Virus record (IMG/VR): IMGVR_UViG_3300037851_000426
Span: 1-40,746 of that record
Length of the DNA: 40,746 bases
Direction: 5' to 3' (one strand)
From: a virus
Lineage: Duplodnaviria; Caudoviricetes
Part shown: piece by piece, positions 15,559-25,316 of the stretch
Numbering within the stretch: the first letter of the stretch is position 1
Layout: each line of letters begins with the position of its first letter
Program-made: the position numbers and the translations under genes
Notes under the pieces: model-generated
What the model was told of the DNA's origin: nothing
The model's input: only the letters and a program-made list of their open reading frames with translations
Database searches by the model: none

Positions 15559-17949
15559 TCACGGTCTCCCTTCGAGCGCGGCGACCCGCGCCTTGAGTTC
15601 CGCGATCTCGTCACGCTGTTGCCGCACCACGGGAATCAGGTAGAGCGGCACTCGGTCGTACAAGAACGACCGAGGCAGCCCGTCGTCGTCGCGCACCACA
15701 AGCCACTCCAGGCCGAGCGCGGCGGCCTCCTCGGCGATGGCCCCGACGTAGTAGGGACCGGTGTCACCCTCGAAGTTCATCCGGTAGGTGACCGGCGTGA
15801 GATCGAGGATCGCGTCCACCCCGCGCACGTCGAGCGGGCGGATGTCGTGCTTGGCTCGGCGCGTAGACGCCACGCACGACACCCCCGTCTGGTAGGTGAT
15901 GTAGCCGTCGCCGTTGCCGTCCACGTTCGCGCAGGCGTACCCCTGTCCCTGTGTGTTCGACCAGTTGGTGAGGCGCACGCCGGGCGTGTTCAGGTTGCCG
16001 GTCGTGTCGAACCAGGCGTGCGGCCCGCCGCCGGCGTAGCGGAACTCCAGCTCATTGGTCCCGTCGTCGTAGACCGCCACGTCCCAGTACTGGCTGTTCG
16101 CTTCATCCCCCAGCCTGACGTATCCATAGGCCGAGGACGAGGCATTGACGATGAGCGCAGCGTTGGTGCCCGCTGACGGCTTGATCTGGGCCGTGCTTCC
16201 CGCGATGTCGAGTGCGTAGGCAGGCGTGGTCGTCCCAATCCCGACCTGGTTGTCGTCGTCCACCACGAGGCCGATCGTGCTCGTCGTCGCGTTCACGACG
16301 ATGTTCAGGTAGTCGGTTGACGCATCCGTCATGTAGAGGTTGGCGTACGACGTTGACCCGCTTCCGCTGTCCACGATCCAGACCCCGTGGCTGCTATTGT
16401 TGGCGTCGAGGTCGATCCGATCCGCCGCCGCGTAGGTGTACCCAGTCGTCATGAGGTAGATCGCGGCCCCATCCGCCGTCGAGCCTTGGGTCGCCGCGAT
16501 GTAGGTATCTCCCGTGGCGTTGGCCACCCCGAGGATGGACTGGACCGCCGCCGTCGTCGTGGCCGTCGCCTTCAGGTAGATGATGTTGTAGGTCGAATCG
16601 TCGGTGTAGGCTTGCGTGCCGAGTACGCCGAGCGCACTCGTGAACCCGTACGCCCGATCCTCTGACCCCACCGTCGTCGGTGAGATCTTGATCCCCGCCG
16701 AGTTCAGGGTGGCGTGGCCGGCGGAGAACGACCCCGACCCCGTCACGTTCAGCGCGCCCGCCAGGGTCAGGTTCCCGCTCGCGTCCGCGACCAACTTGTC
16801 CGTTGTGTTGCTGCGGATCCGAAAGCCATTGGTCGCGTCCACCGTGACATGCGTCCCCGTCGGCACCCCCGCGGCGAAGCCATAGGTGGTCGCGCCGTAG
16901 CCGTAGAGCCCGTTGAGGTTGCCCACCGCCCAGCGCGGCGACACGTCGCTGTAGGTCGTCCCGGTCCGGACGTTGCCGACGATCGTCGGCCCGGCCGTAC
17001 TGCCGGGGAGGAGCCCCGCGACCGAGTAGAGATCAATGTAGCCGTCAGCCGTGGTGCCGGAGTTGAACACCGCGTCCCCGGCGGTCCACGCGTTGCGCCC
17101 GCTGCCATCGAGGTCGCGCGTCACCGAGTAGGTGTAGGCGCCCGCACTGCCGCCTGGTGCGGACGTGATCGCCATCCACTCCAGCGCGCCGTTGGCCTGG
17201 AGGACCACCCGATCCCCCGAGGCCATCTCGTTGTGCTTCACCGTAATCGTGGTGTCGCCCACCCCACTGCCGAGGTCCACGGTCAGCGTGGTCGTCGGTC
17301 CCACCAGGATCCGCCCACCGATCGTCGCGATCGTGTTCTGCGCGACCAGCATCTCGACCCAGAGTTCCGCCGCGTGGAGCGTCAGGTACTTATTGGTGAG
17401 CGCGCCGAGATTGACCCGATACCCACTGTCTGGCAACACATCCGCGCCATCCGGGCCGAGGATTACATCGCCGGTCGGATCCTCGGTGAGATTCCCCGTC
17501 GGCTGGATCGCCAGGGCGCCAGTGCTCGTGAGGTTCCCACCGTTGATCCCGAGGTCGCCGGCCAGCGTCAAGCTCGTCGAGAACGACGGCACGCCAGACC
17601 CCGACGCGCGCTGGAAGACGGAGTTCGCGGCGACGGCAGCCCAAGTCAGTCCGAGCGTGCCGCTCGTCGTCACCGGCGAGCCGGACACCGACAGCTCCGA
17701 CGGCGCCGTCAGCGCCACACTCGTCACCGTCCCGCACGCGCCCGACGTCTTCGTGATGTCCCCCGATCCATCGACCGCGACACAATTCGTCCCGGCCCCG
17801 GTCCCGAGGCCCACGACGCGCAGCGGCCCGGTCCCGAAGGTGGTCGCCCCCGCCGTGATCTTGTCCGCGCTGTACGTGGAGGTCTGGGCCGCGGCCGACG
17901 CCGCCAGGCTGAGGCCCAGCATCAGGAGCAGGACGAGCCGCCGGGGCAT
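15559..17949 (-). CDS. Tail fibre/spike with C-terminal Peptidase_S74 chaperone and N-terminal signal peptide
   Basis: STRRAKHDIRPL...LTPVTYR...GAIAEE...YDRV...IAELKARVAALE; VGIGTTTP repeat motif; MPRRLVLLLMLGLSLAASAAA|Q. Confidence 0.85.
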   Translation of the reverse strand: MPRRLVLLLMLGLSLAASAAAQTSTYSADKITAGATTFGTGPLRVVGLGTGAGTNCVAVDGSGDITKTSGACGTVTSVALTAPSELSVSGSPVTTSGTLGLTWAAVAANSVFQRASGSGVPSFSTSLTLAGDLGINGGNLTSTGALAIQPTGNLTEDPTGDVILGPDGADVLPDSGYRVNLGALTNKYLTLHAAELWVEMLVAQNTIATIGGRILVGPTTTLTVDLGSGVGDTTITVKHNEMASGDRVVLQANGALEWMAITSAPGGSAGAYTYSVTRDLDGSGRNAWTAGDAVFNSGTTADGYIDLYSVAGLLPGSTAGPTIVGNVRTGTTYSDVSPRWAVGNLNGLYGYGATTYGFAAGVPTGTHVTVDATNGFRIRSNTTDKLVADASGNLTLAGALNVTGSGSFSAGHATLNSAGIKISPTTVGSEDRAYGFTSALGVLGTQAYTDDSTYNIIYLKATATTTAAVQSILGVANATGDTYIAATQGSTADGAAIYLMTTGYTYAAADRIDLDANNSSHGVWIVDSGSGSTSYANLYMTDASTDYLNIVVNATTSTIGLVVDDDNQVGIGTTTPAYALDIAGSTAQIKPSAGTNAALIVNASSSAYGYVRLGDEANSQYWDVAVYDDGTNELEFRYAGGGPHAWFDTTGNLNTPGVRLTNWSNTQGQGYACANVDGNGDGYITYQTGVSCVASTRRAKHDIRPLDVRGVDAILDLTPVTYRMNFEGDTGPYYVGAIAEEAAALGLEWLVVRDDDGLPRSFLYDRVPLYLIPVVRQQRDEIAELKARVAALEGRP

Positions 17950-19574
17950 CAGTGTCTCCCCACGGCGTACACCGCGTTGGTGGTGTTGCTGCCGGCGAGC
18001 TGCAGCCGGTACCGGTGCCCCACGACCGGGGTGAAGGTGAGCCCCTCCTCGGTCCAGGTGGTCGCATTCGTGGCCGCGCCGGTCACCGCCGCGGCGGCGG
18101 CTGTCACGTCGTACACCCGCACGGTCACCGTGGTGCCCGCCGCCGCCGATCGCCGCTCACACGTCACTGTGAGGGGATCCGAGGTGAGCGCGATCCAGTC
18201 GAGGTGGTTGGCCACGTCCGCCCAGGTGGCGACCTGGACGCCGCGGGTGCGCTCGTTCCCCCAGACATGGGACGGGCTCCCGGTGACCACGGTCACGCCC
18301 CCGGCCGAGGAGGGCGCGCTCGCCGTGCCCCGCGTCGCCCCGAGCCGGTCGCGCCAGTAGTCGAGCCAGTTCGCGTTGAGCGTGGTGCCCTCGACGAGGG
18401 AGAGCGTGTACAGGAGGGCCCCGCTCGCCGCCCAATCGTTCCCGAACGGCGCGATCGCCACCGACCGCACCAGGTAGTCTCCGCTGACGAGCCGCGCCGC
18501 GAACGACAAGTTGCACTTCATGAGCGGGTAGACGTTCACCTCCCGCGTGCTGAGCCGCACCGTCTTCGGGGTGATCGCCTGCTGCGCGAGGTGGCCCGCC
18601 GCCAGCGCCACGCCCTGGGGCAACTCGAGCACATCCGGGTAGGCGTAGGCGAGCTCGACCACGTCGCCGGCGTCGATGGCCGTCTCGTCCTGGGCCCGGC
18701 ACCAGGCGGGGTACTCCACCGTGTAGGTGGCCGCGAGCGGGACGCCGTTGCCGAGCGCGCTCGATCGCGTCAGACAGAGGCGCGTGGCGTCCCAGGTCCA
18801 GGTGCCGGACGGCACCGCGTAGATTGTGCCGTTCTCGTCCACCTGGGTGGGGACGACCGTCGGCTCGACGTCCACGTAGAACCGCGTGCGCGTGCCGTTA
18901 CCCGTCCAGCTCTGGGTCCGGGCCGTCGCCCCCGTGTTGCCCGTCTTGCACCAGACGCGCGTGGCCCGCGCGGTGCGCTGACGCGACCAGGCGAACTGCC
19001 GGAGGATGCGCCCGTTGGCATCGGTGAGCGCGGGCCCCGTGTCCGCGCCGGGGAGCCCCGCCCACGCCTGCAGGTCCCCGTTGATCCGCCAAGGATACCC
19101 GCTGATGCGCTTGACTTGGTTGAGGGCGTCCGCCAGGACGCAGCGGTCGAAGGCGAGCGCCGGCAGCGTCGGGCCGCCCGATCCCGCACCGATGTAGCTG
19201 ACGCCGGGACAGGCCGCGAAGAGGTCGGCGTAGACCGCCAGCGTCGATTGCCCCGCACTGTAGGACTTGCGGACGGTGACCTGCTGCGGCTTCAGGTGGT
19301 ACCCGATCGCCCTCACCTGCACCCGCGTGGAGCCCGCGATGAAATCGGAGGCGGCATCGTCCACCTCCTCCACGGTGCCGCCGAAGAGCAGCGCCCCGTC
19401 CTGGTGGACGCGGACCACGTCGCCGAACGCCGGCCGGTAGGCGCCGGCGGTCAGCAGCGGGTCCCGGGTCTCGAAGCTGCAGGTCTCCACCTCATCATCC
19501 TTCTGGATGCGCAAGGAGCTGTGGATCACACTGCCGCGGCGATCCACGCCGGCGATGGTCAGCGTCACGCCCAC
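17949..19574 (-). CDS. Baseplate hub / minor tail protein
   Basis: Directly after tape measure; LTIAGVDR...GDVVRV...LLFGGTV pattern. Confidence 0.75.
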   Translation of the reverse strand: MGVTLTIAGVDRRGSVIHSSLRIQKDDEVETCSFETRDPLLTAGAYRPAFGDVVRVHQDGALLFGGTVEEVDDAASDFIAGSTRVQVRAIGYHLKPQQVTVRKSYSAGQSTLAVYADLFAACPGVSYIGAGSGGPTLPALAFDRCVLADALNQVKRISGYPWRINGDLQAWAGLPGADTGPALTDANGRILRQFAWSRQRTARATRVWCKTGNTGATARTQSWTGNGTRTRFYVDVEPTVVPTQVDENGTIYAVPSGTWTWDATRLCLTRSSALGNGVPLAATYTVEYPAWCRAQDETAIDAGDVVELAYAYPDVLELPQGVALAAGHLAQQAITPKTVRLSTREVNVYPLMKCNLSFAARLVSGDYLVRSVAIAPFGNDWAASGALLYTLSLVEGTTLNANWLDYWRDRLGATRGTASAPSSAGGVTVVTGSPSHVWGNERTRGVQVATWADVANHLDWIALTSDPLTVTCERRSAAAGTTVTVRVYDVTAAAAAVTGAATNATTWTEEGLTFTPVVGHRYRLQLAGSNTTNAVYAVGRH

Positions 19575-19577
19575 GCA

Positions 19578-22034
19578 TCACACCCCCGCGTACGCGAACT
19601 GCCCGCCGCCCACCCGGCGGAGGACGACCTCAGCGACCTGTTGGCCGTCCAGGTCGGCGTGGACGACGATGGTCTGCGGGCCGCTCGCGCCCGCGCCGGC
19701 CCGCCCCATCTGCGACAGCGGAATCACCGCTTCCGGTCCCCGCTCCCCGATCCAGGTCAGCGTGGGCCGCGTCACGATCCCGCCCGCCGCCATGCCCCCG
19801 ACCTCCGGGGTGTCCACCTCAACCGGGATCTTGATCGGCTGGATCGGGACGCGGCTGATCGCGTCGTTGATCCCGCGGACGCCCTCGCTGGCCGCGGCCG
19901 GCAGCTTGGTCGCCAGGGCATCGACGATGGCCTGCACCGCCTCCCGCAGCTTGTCGAGCAGCGTATCGATCGTCCGGATCTGCGCCTCGGTCTTCTCCGC
20001 CTCGGTCGTGATGGCGTCGCCGAACTTGAGCTGCGCCAGGTCGGTGATCTTGTTCCCGTGTTCATCGAGCAGTTTCCCGGCCCGCAGCAGCTCCTGGATG
20101 TAGGGCCGCATGTTCTCGGGCACCGCCGTCCCGAGCTTGAGCGCCTGCTGCACCATCGCCGAGAGCTTGCCCGCGGATTGCTCGAGCACGCCGCCGATAT
20201 CCGCGCCCGCGCGCTGCATCGTGTCCAGCGCATTGACGACGGTCGTCCAACTGTCCGTGGCCGCGAGCTGATCGATCGTCGCTCCGAGCCCCTCGGTGGA
20301 GATCCCGAGGGCCTGCGCCGCGTTCACCACATCCTGATACTTCGGCACGAGGGCGGCGACCAGGTCCGCGCGCTGCCGTTCGAGATCGAGGATCTGTTGC
20401 TCGAGGTCGCGCTGCTTCGTGAAGGCCTCGACCAGCGCGTTGAAGTGGGCCTCCCCCGCGACATTCTTGCTGCCCCACGCCGCCGCGAGCGCCGCGCCGG
20501 AGGCGTTCATCCCCGCGATCGCGTCCAGACTCCCGAACTGCTGGAGGAGTCCCGCCTGCGTCTGGCCGATGCGCGCGTCCGCCTCCTGACCGCGGATCTT
20601 GCCGGCCGAGGGGGCGAACAGCTTCCCGATGAGGCTCCCGACGATCCCCGCCACGGGACCGAAGAATGGGGCGACGGCGCCGAGCGCCCCACTCGCCGTC
20701 GAGAAGAGACCTCCGAGGATCCCCCCGGCGCTGCCGCCGAGACTCCCCCCCATCTGGGCCGAGCGGCTCCCGCCGGCGATCCACTGCGAGAGCCAGGGCA
20801 TCGCCGCGGTCACCGCGCCCAGGCCCGCCTTCCCCCACGGCAGCCCCGACGTGGGGTGCGATACCTTCGACGTCGGGAGCCCCGGGATGATGCCCTGGAG
20901 CCCGCTCCACCCAAGGCCGATCTCCTGCACGGCACTGGTGAGCCCCGGCAGCGTCAAGCCCATCGCGACCTGTCCCTGGCGCGCCATCAGCCAGTCACTG
21001 GTGCCGACGATGTTGGCGAACTTCCGGGCGAGATACGCCGTGTGCTCCGCGAGGTCGCGCAACCGATCCGCCGCCCGTTTCGCCTCCGCACCCAGCTCCT
21101 TGATCGGCGCGAAGGTCGTGGCGAGCGCCACCCGCTCCAGCGAGGATTGATACGGCGCGGGGAGCGCGAGGCCCGCAGGCGTGTACCCGGTCGGGGCGGT
21201 GGGGAGCGCCTCCCACGCCCGCTGCTGCTGCGCCAGCGCATACCCCCCAGACATCCCCGTCATCGCCGCGCCCTGGGCCGCGAGGAGCTTCCCCATCCCC
21301 GCCCAGAATCCCTCCCGAGAGAAGCTCGTCGTCACCCGGTCCGCCTCCGTGGCGATCTCCCGGAGTTTCGGCGCCAGCGGGGCCAGCACGCTGGCGAGCA
21401 GGATGGTCCCCGTCCGCGTCAGCTCGGCCCAGGTGTCTGACAGCGTGGACATGGCCTCCACGGTCTCATCACTCATCACGGTGACCGCCGCCGCCGCGGC
21501 CCGGATGTCCTTCGTGAAGCCCGCGGCGACGGCGGCCCCGGCCTTCCCGAACAGCTCGGTTTCAATCCGGGACCGCTTCATGGGGTCGGGGATGCGCGCG
21601 AGGGCCTCCGCGATGTCGAGGAACGCCTGGTCAGGCGCCTGCGCGCGCAGCGAGGACACCTGCAGCCCCAGCTCACGAATCGCCCACGCCGCGCCCTTAT
21701 CCTCGCCGGCAAGCGCCCGTTGCATGACGAGGATCGCTTGCGTGAACTGCTCCGCCTCGACGCCAGCCGGCTGGAGGACGGTCGTGATCTTCTGGAAGCT
21801 TTCCGCCGTGATCTTCGCGCGGGCCGAGAGGTCCCCGATCGCGTCGCCGGCGTCAATGGCCTGCTTCGCGAACCCCGCGATCGCGCCGACCGTGAAGGCG
21901 CCCCGGAGCATCCCGCCGACCTTGTCGGCCGCGGACCCCAGGCGCCCCAACTGCCCCTCGATCTTCTTGGTGTGCTCGACGAGGTCGGAGGTGTCGGCCG
22001 CGACGCGGTAGATCAAGGCCCCGATCGTCGCCAT
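19578..22034 (-). CDS. Tail tape measure protein
   Basis: 818 aa, helical, Ala/Gly-rich; MATIGALIYRVAADTS start; LDGQQVAEVV end. Confidence 0.9.
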   Translation of the reverse strand: MATIGALIYRVAADTSDLVEHTKKIEGQLGRLGSAADKVGGMLRGAFTVGAIAGFAKQAIDAGDAIGDLSARAKITAESFQKITTVLQPAGVEAEQFTQAILVMQRALAGEDKGAAWAIRELGLQVSSLRAQAPDQAFLDIAEALARIPDPMKRSRIETELFGKAGAAVAAGFTKDIRAAAAAVTVMSDETVEAMSTLSDTWAELTRTGTILLASVLAPLAPKLREIATEADRVTTSFSREGFWAGMGKLLAAQGAAMTGMSGGYALAQQQRAWEALPTAPTGYTPAGLALPAPYQSSLERVALATTFAPIKELGAEAKRAADRLRDLAEHTAYLARKFANIVGTSDWLMARQGQVAMGLTLPGLTSAVQEIGLGWSGLQGIIPGLPTSKVSHPTSGLPWGKAGLGAVTAAMPWLSQWIAGGSRSAQMGGSLGGSAGGILGGLFSTASGALGAVAPFFGPVAGIVGSLIGKLFAPSAGKIRGQEADARIGQTQAGLLQQFGSLDAIAGMNASGAALAAAWGSKNVAGEAHFNALVEAFTKQRDLEQQILDLERQRADLVAALVPKYQDVVNAAQALGISTEGLGATIDQLAATDSWTTVVNALDTMQRAGADIGGVLEQSAGKLSAMVQQALKLGTAVPENMRPYIQELLRAGKLLDEHGNKITDLAQLKFGDAITTEAEKTEAQIRTIDTLLDKLREAVQAIVDALATKLPAAASEGVRGINDAISRVPIQPIKIPVEVDTPEVGGMAAGGIVTRPTLTWIGERGPEAVIPLSQMGRAGAGASGPQTIVVHADLDGQQVAEVVLRRVGGGQFAYAGV

Positions 22035-22052
22035 CAGGCCCCGCCTTCTTCG

Positions 22053-22301
22053 TCACTCGGCGTCGTCCTCGGCCGCGGTGTCCGCATCCCTGCCCGCCCC
22101 CCAGACCATGTCGTATGCCAGCGCGCTGTCCGTGCCCTTCGCGACGAGCGCGGTGACCTGCGCATCCCGCGTCAGGTACGCTTGCCACTCCGAGAGTTCC
22201 CGCCCTGACATCTCCTCGAGCAGCCGCCCCACGGTCATCCCCAGCTCGCGGGCCAGGGCGAAGGCGAACCGCCGTGTGGGACTCAGGGCAAGGGCTTTCC
22301 C
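22053..22301 (-). CDS. Tail assembly chaperone GT extension (-1 frame)
   Basis: After slippage reads KALALSPTRRFAFALARELGMTVGRLLEEMSGRELSEWQAY. Confidence 0.8.
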   Translation of the reverse strand, partial: GKALALSPTRRFAFALARELGMTVGRLLEEMSGRELSEWQAYLTRDAQVTALVAKGTDSALAYDMVWGAGRDADTAAEDDAE

Positions 22302-22645
22302 AGCTCGTCCACGTCCTCCTGCGTCATGCCGGAGAGGCGACGGGCTTCATCGAACAGCCGCTCGAGCACGTCCGCCCGGATGCTCCCGAGATCCTCGACA
22401 CTGCCGACCAGGCGCTGCCCGTCCTCATCGATAAGACATAGGCTCACGAGGCGCGCGCGGATGTTCTGGAGGTTCACGTCCTTGTTCTTGGTACGGCTCC
22501 GGAACATCCACTGCTCGAAGTCGTCGCGCTGTGCGCCGGTCAGGCCCTGGACGATGACCTCCCCCCCGAGGTCGTCGAACTGCAGCGTCTTGCGGGGGAG
22601 GCGTGACGCCGCGGCGAGGAACACTTCGCGACTGAGATATCCCAT
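22283..22645 (-). CDS. Tail assembly chaperone (gpG-like)
   Basis: Between tube and tape measure genes; ends ARRLSGMTQEDVDELGKP. Confidence 0.85.
   Translation of the reverse strand: MGYLSREVFLAAASRLPRKTLQFDDLGGEVIVQGLTGAQRDDFEQWMFRSRTKNKDVNLQNIRARLVSLCLIDEDGQRLVGSVEDLGSIRADVLERLFDEARRLSGMTQEDVDELGKPLP
22295..22301 (-). other. Programmed -1 ribosomal frameshift site GGGAAAG
   Basis: Same heptamer as lambda G/GT, just before the gpG stop; -1 frame is open. Confidence 0.85.
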
Positions 22646-22650
22646 GGCCG

Positions 22651-23052
22651 TTACGACGTGGCGCGCGCCAGCGCGCCGCTGCCCGTCAGGGTGACCGTGG
22701 TCTCCAACTCCTGCCCCACCTGGCCCCCGATCGGCTTGTCGTACTTCACGAGCGCCGTGCCCGTGAACTTCGGGTTCGTCGCGGAGACGGCATCCGTCTT
22801 CCCGCGGAACTCACAGGAGACGAGCGTCCCGTGCGCCGCGAAGAGCGTCGCGTCCACCGAGCCGCCGGTGTAGTCCTGCAGGAACGTGATGGTGGCCGAC
22901 CAGGACGTCAGCCCGCCCTCGACCGACTTGGCGCCCGCGGCGTTGCCGGCGGTCGCGTCGAGGATGTCGATGTCGTCACTGAGATCCACCGACCGGACCT
23001 TGCTCGACAGATCCACGGCGTTGATGAGCACGTAGGGTTTCGTCAGAACCAT
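22651..23052 (-). CDS. Major tail tube protein (short paralog)
   Basis: VDLSSKVRSV...GGLTSWSATITFLQD...VSATNPKFTGT. Confidence 0.8.
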   Translation of the reverse strand: MVLTKPYVLINAVDLSSKVRSVDLSDDIDILDATAGNAAGAKSVEGGLTSWSATITFLQDYTGGSVDATLFAAHGTLVSCEFRGKTDAVSATNPKFTGTALVKYDKPIGGQVGQELETTVTLTGSGALARATS

Positions 23053-23062
23053 CGCAATCTCC

Positions 23063-23788
23063 TCACAGGATGCCGACGACGAGCACGAAGGTGGCGGTGC
23101 CGGCGGATAGGGTCCAGTTCGCGCGCCAGTAGGTGTCGGTGGCGACCGGCCCGGCGAGCGTCTTCCACTCGCTTCCGATGGCGGTGGCCGCGGTGAACGT
23201 GATCCGATCGGTGGGTGAGCCGAAGCCCCCCGCGTCGTCCGACTGCACCTTCACCGTCAAGGTGCCGCCGCTGCTGGCCAGGACGTGGAGGGCGGCGTAG
23301 CACGTCTTCCCCGAGGCGAGCAGCCCCAGTTGGTAGCCAGTGGCGTTGCCGCTGCTGCTCTCGGCCCCGTTGTGGAGCACGAGCCCGCGCACCAGGGACG
23401 CGTTCTGGGCCTCGGCGCGCAGGTCGCCGAGATAGTGGGCGCCGACCTGGCCGCCGCGCTGGTAGCGCGCGAGGCGCGCCAGGAAGGTGTAGCCGCGCTC
23501 GCCGAGGACGCCAGCGTTCTGGGGCGCGACCGAGATCGGCACGCTGCTCTGGGCGAGCGCCGCGGCGATCACATCGTCCACCTTGATCGGCGGCGCGCTG
23601 TCAGCGGCCCAGAATAGCTTGGCGTCGAGCGCGACCGAGAGTAGGCCGGCCTCGACCGTCTTGGCCAGGACAGAGCCGAAGGTGGTGGTATCGAGGACGG
23701 GCACATCCTGCGTGACGGCGACCTGATTGAAGTCGGCCGTCAGGTCGTAACCGCCGAGCCAGAGCTTGCAGTTCTTGAGGACCGCCAT
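23063..23788 (-). CDS. Tail tube-like paralog with extra C-terminal domain
   Basis: N-terminus aligns with the 22651-23052 product; C-terminal beta domain LTVKVQSDD...FGSPTDRITF. Confidence 0.75.
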   Translation of the reverse strand: MAVLKNCKLWLGGYDLTADFNQVAVTQDVPVLDTTTFGSVLAKTVEAGLLSVALDAKLFWAADSAPPIKVDDVIAAALAQSSVPISVAPQNAGVLGERGYTFLARLARYQRGGQVGAHYLGDLRAEAQNASLVRGLVLHNGAESSSGNATGYQLGLLASGKTCYAALHVLASSGGTLTVKVQSDDAGGFGSPTDRITFTAATAIGSEWKTLAGPVATDTYWRANWTLSAGTATFVLVVGIL

Positions 23789-23789
23789 G

Positions 23790-23969
23790 TCAGGCCTCGT
23801 CCAACGGGGGCGCCTCGGGGCCGCCCATCGGCTCGTCGGCGGCCGCGGGCGCGAGGGCGCCGATGGTCACGAGGAACGTGACGTCGCTATCGGTCTCGAC
23901 GTGCGCCCCGGGAGCGTGGGCGTGGCCGTCGATCACGACCGGCAGGGGACCGGTGACTAGGTAGCGCAT
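23790..23969 (-). CDS. Small hypothetical protein (59 aa)
   Basis: MRYLVTGPLPVVIDG...PPLDEA fills the gap between neighbours exactly. Confidence 0.6.
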   Translation of the reverse strand: MRYLVTGPLPVVIDGHAHAPGAHVETDSDVTFLVTIGALAPAAADEPMGGPEAPPLDEA

Positions 23970-23971
23970 CC

Positions 23972-24397
23972 TCAGGCCTCCGTCACGTATACGGTGAAGT
24001 CGGTGAGCGCGTGTTGCACCTCGATCGCGTCGTCGAGGATCAGGGGCTCATCCGCCTCGGTGGCGTCGTGTGTGGTGTCCTCGTGCGTCCACCCCGTGAG
24101 CGTGATCGTGGTCTCGCGGAGCAGCGCGATGATCCGGTCCACGATGGCGAGCACTTCCGCCCGGCCGTGATACTGCGACCAAGCGTGCAGCGTGATCGCC
24201 ACGCGCCGGCGCTGGGTCCCGCTCGTATCCCGGGGCTCCTCGCGCAGCTCCCCGATCCGCACGTACGGCCAGGTGGGGTCCTGGGGCACGTGGTCCCAGA
24301 TGCCGCCCGGCACGAGTGTGAGCAGCGTCGCGTCGGTCGTCAGCGCGGTGTAGACGCCGGCCTGCACCGCCGAGAGGGCGCTCTTGCCGGCGCTCAT
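23972..24397 (-). CDS. Tail terminator / completion protein (DUF3168, SPP1 gp17-like)
   Basis: VYTAL...IWDHVPQDPTWPYVRIG...LHAWS. Confidence 0.85.
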   Translation of the reverse strand: MSAGKSALSAVQAGVYTALTTDATLLTLVPGGIWDHVPQDPTWPYVRIGELREEPRDTSGTQRRRVAITLHAWSQYHGRAEVLAIVDRIIALLRETTITLTGWTHEDTTHDATEADEPLILDDAIEVQHALTDFTVYVTEA

Positions 24398-24990
24398 CCG
24401 TGATACCCCGCCGCGCCCAGGAGCCGCTGCACCTCGGCCACCGCCGCCCGGTGCCGGCCCTCGAAGGCGGCCTGCTCCGCGCGCACCGCGGGGCGCAGGA
24501 ACGGCTTGGCCGCGTGCTGCGGCGCCCCGAACTCCTGGAGGTGGCCGTACTTGGTCGGGCGGATCACCCGCGCGCCGCCCGCGCGGAGACGATCCAGCGT
24601 GGGGCGCGACAGCGTGCGCCGCGTCCACTTGCCGTCCCGCGCCCGCTTGAACTTGTGATCGTGGAACGTGGCCACGCCGGCGCCACGCCCCCCGCGCGTC
24701 CGCACCACGAGCGCGACTTTCTCGATCCCGATGATCGCCATCCCGGCGGCAGGCGTGCCCTTCATGGCGAGGTGATCCCGGAGCGCGCCCCCGGCGTACC
24801 CCGGCGGGCGCCCCTCGCGCCGCACCGGGGCCGCGGCCTTCGCGGCGGCCAGGATGGCCTCGGCGCTGTCGCGCGTCGCCACGTAGTGCAGCTTCCGGGC
24901 GACGTCCGGCAGCGTGCGCATCTGCCGCTTCGCCTGGTCGAGCCCGACGAGCTGCGCGAACCGGCGATCGCTGAGCGCGCCCGCCATCAC
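24394..24990 (-). CDS. HK97 gp10-like neck protein
   Basis: AKAAAPV...GALRD...YGHLQEFG...AKPFLRPA. Confidence 0.85.
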   Translation of the reverse strand: MMAGALSDRRFAQLVGLDQAKRQMRTLPDVARKLHYVATRDSAEAILAAAKAAAPVRREGRPPGYAGGALRDHLAMKGTPAAGMAIIGIEKVALVVRTRGGRGAGVATFHDHKFKRARDGKWTRRTLSRPTLDRLRAGGARVIRPTKYGHLQEFGAPQHAAKPFLRPAVRAEQAAFEGRHRAAVAEVQRLLGAAGYHG

Positions 24991-25316
24991 GACACCTCCA
25001 CGGCATCGCACTCGAGCCAGCGCCGGCGGCCGTCCACATCCCGGACCGCGGTCAGTTCGTAGGTGGGCCCGTCCGGCTCCCGGCGGAGCCGGTGCTGGAC
25101 CGTGAGGTCGGGCCGGTAGCGGAGGGTGATCCGCGTCGTGCCCGTGGACTGCAGCGCCCCGAACTGGAGGGCCTCGCGCCCAGAGAGCGCGCGCACCTGC
25201 GCCCGGGCCTCCGCATACCCGAGGGTGGGCCAAGTCGTGGTGTGCCCGCCCTGGCCGTCGCTCGTGGTCGTCGCCGCGAGCAGCGCCACGCGATCGCGGA
25301 GGAGGCCGGCGTGCAT
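24987..25316 (-). CDS. Head closure protein (SPP1 gp16-like)
   Basis: MHAGLLRDRV...DGQGG...LSGRE...ITLRYRPDL. Confidence 0.85.
   Translation of the reverse strand: MHAGLLRDRVALLAATTTSDGQGGHTTTWPTLGYAEARAQVRALSGREALQFGALQSTGTTRITLRYRPDLTVQHRLRREPDGPTYELTAVRDVDGRRRWLECDAVEVS

Noticed and set aside
17952-21440. Very long plus-strand ORFs (also 16714-18360, 28411-30213, 34690-36798)
   Set aside because: Arg/Pro-rich shadows of real minus-strand genes in high-GC DNA; no recognisable motifs
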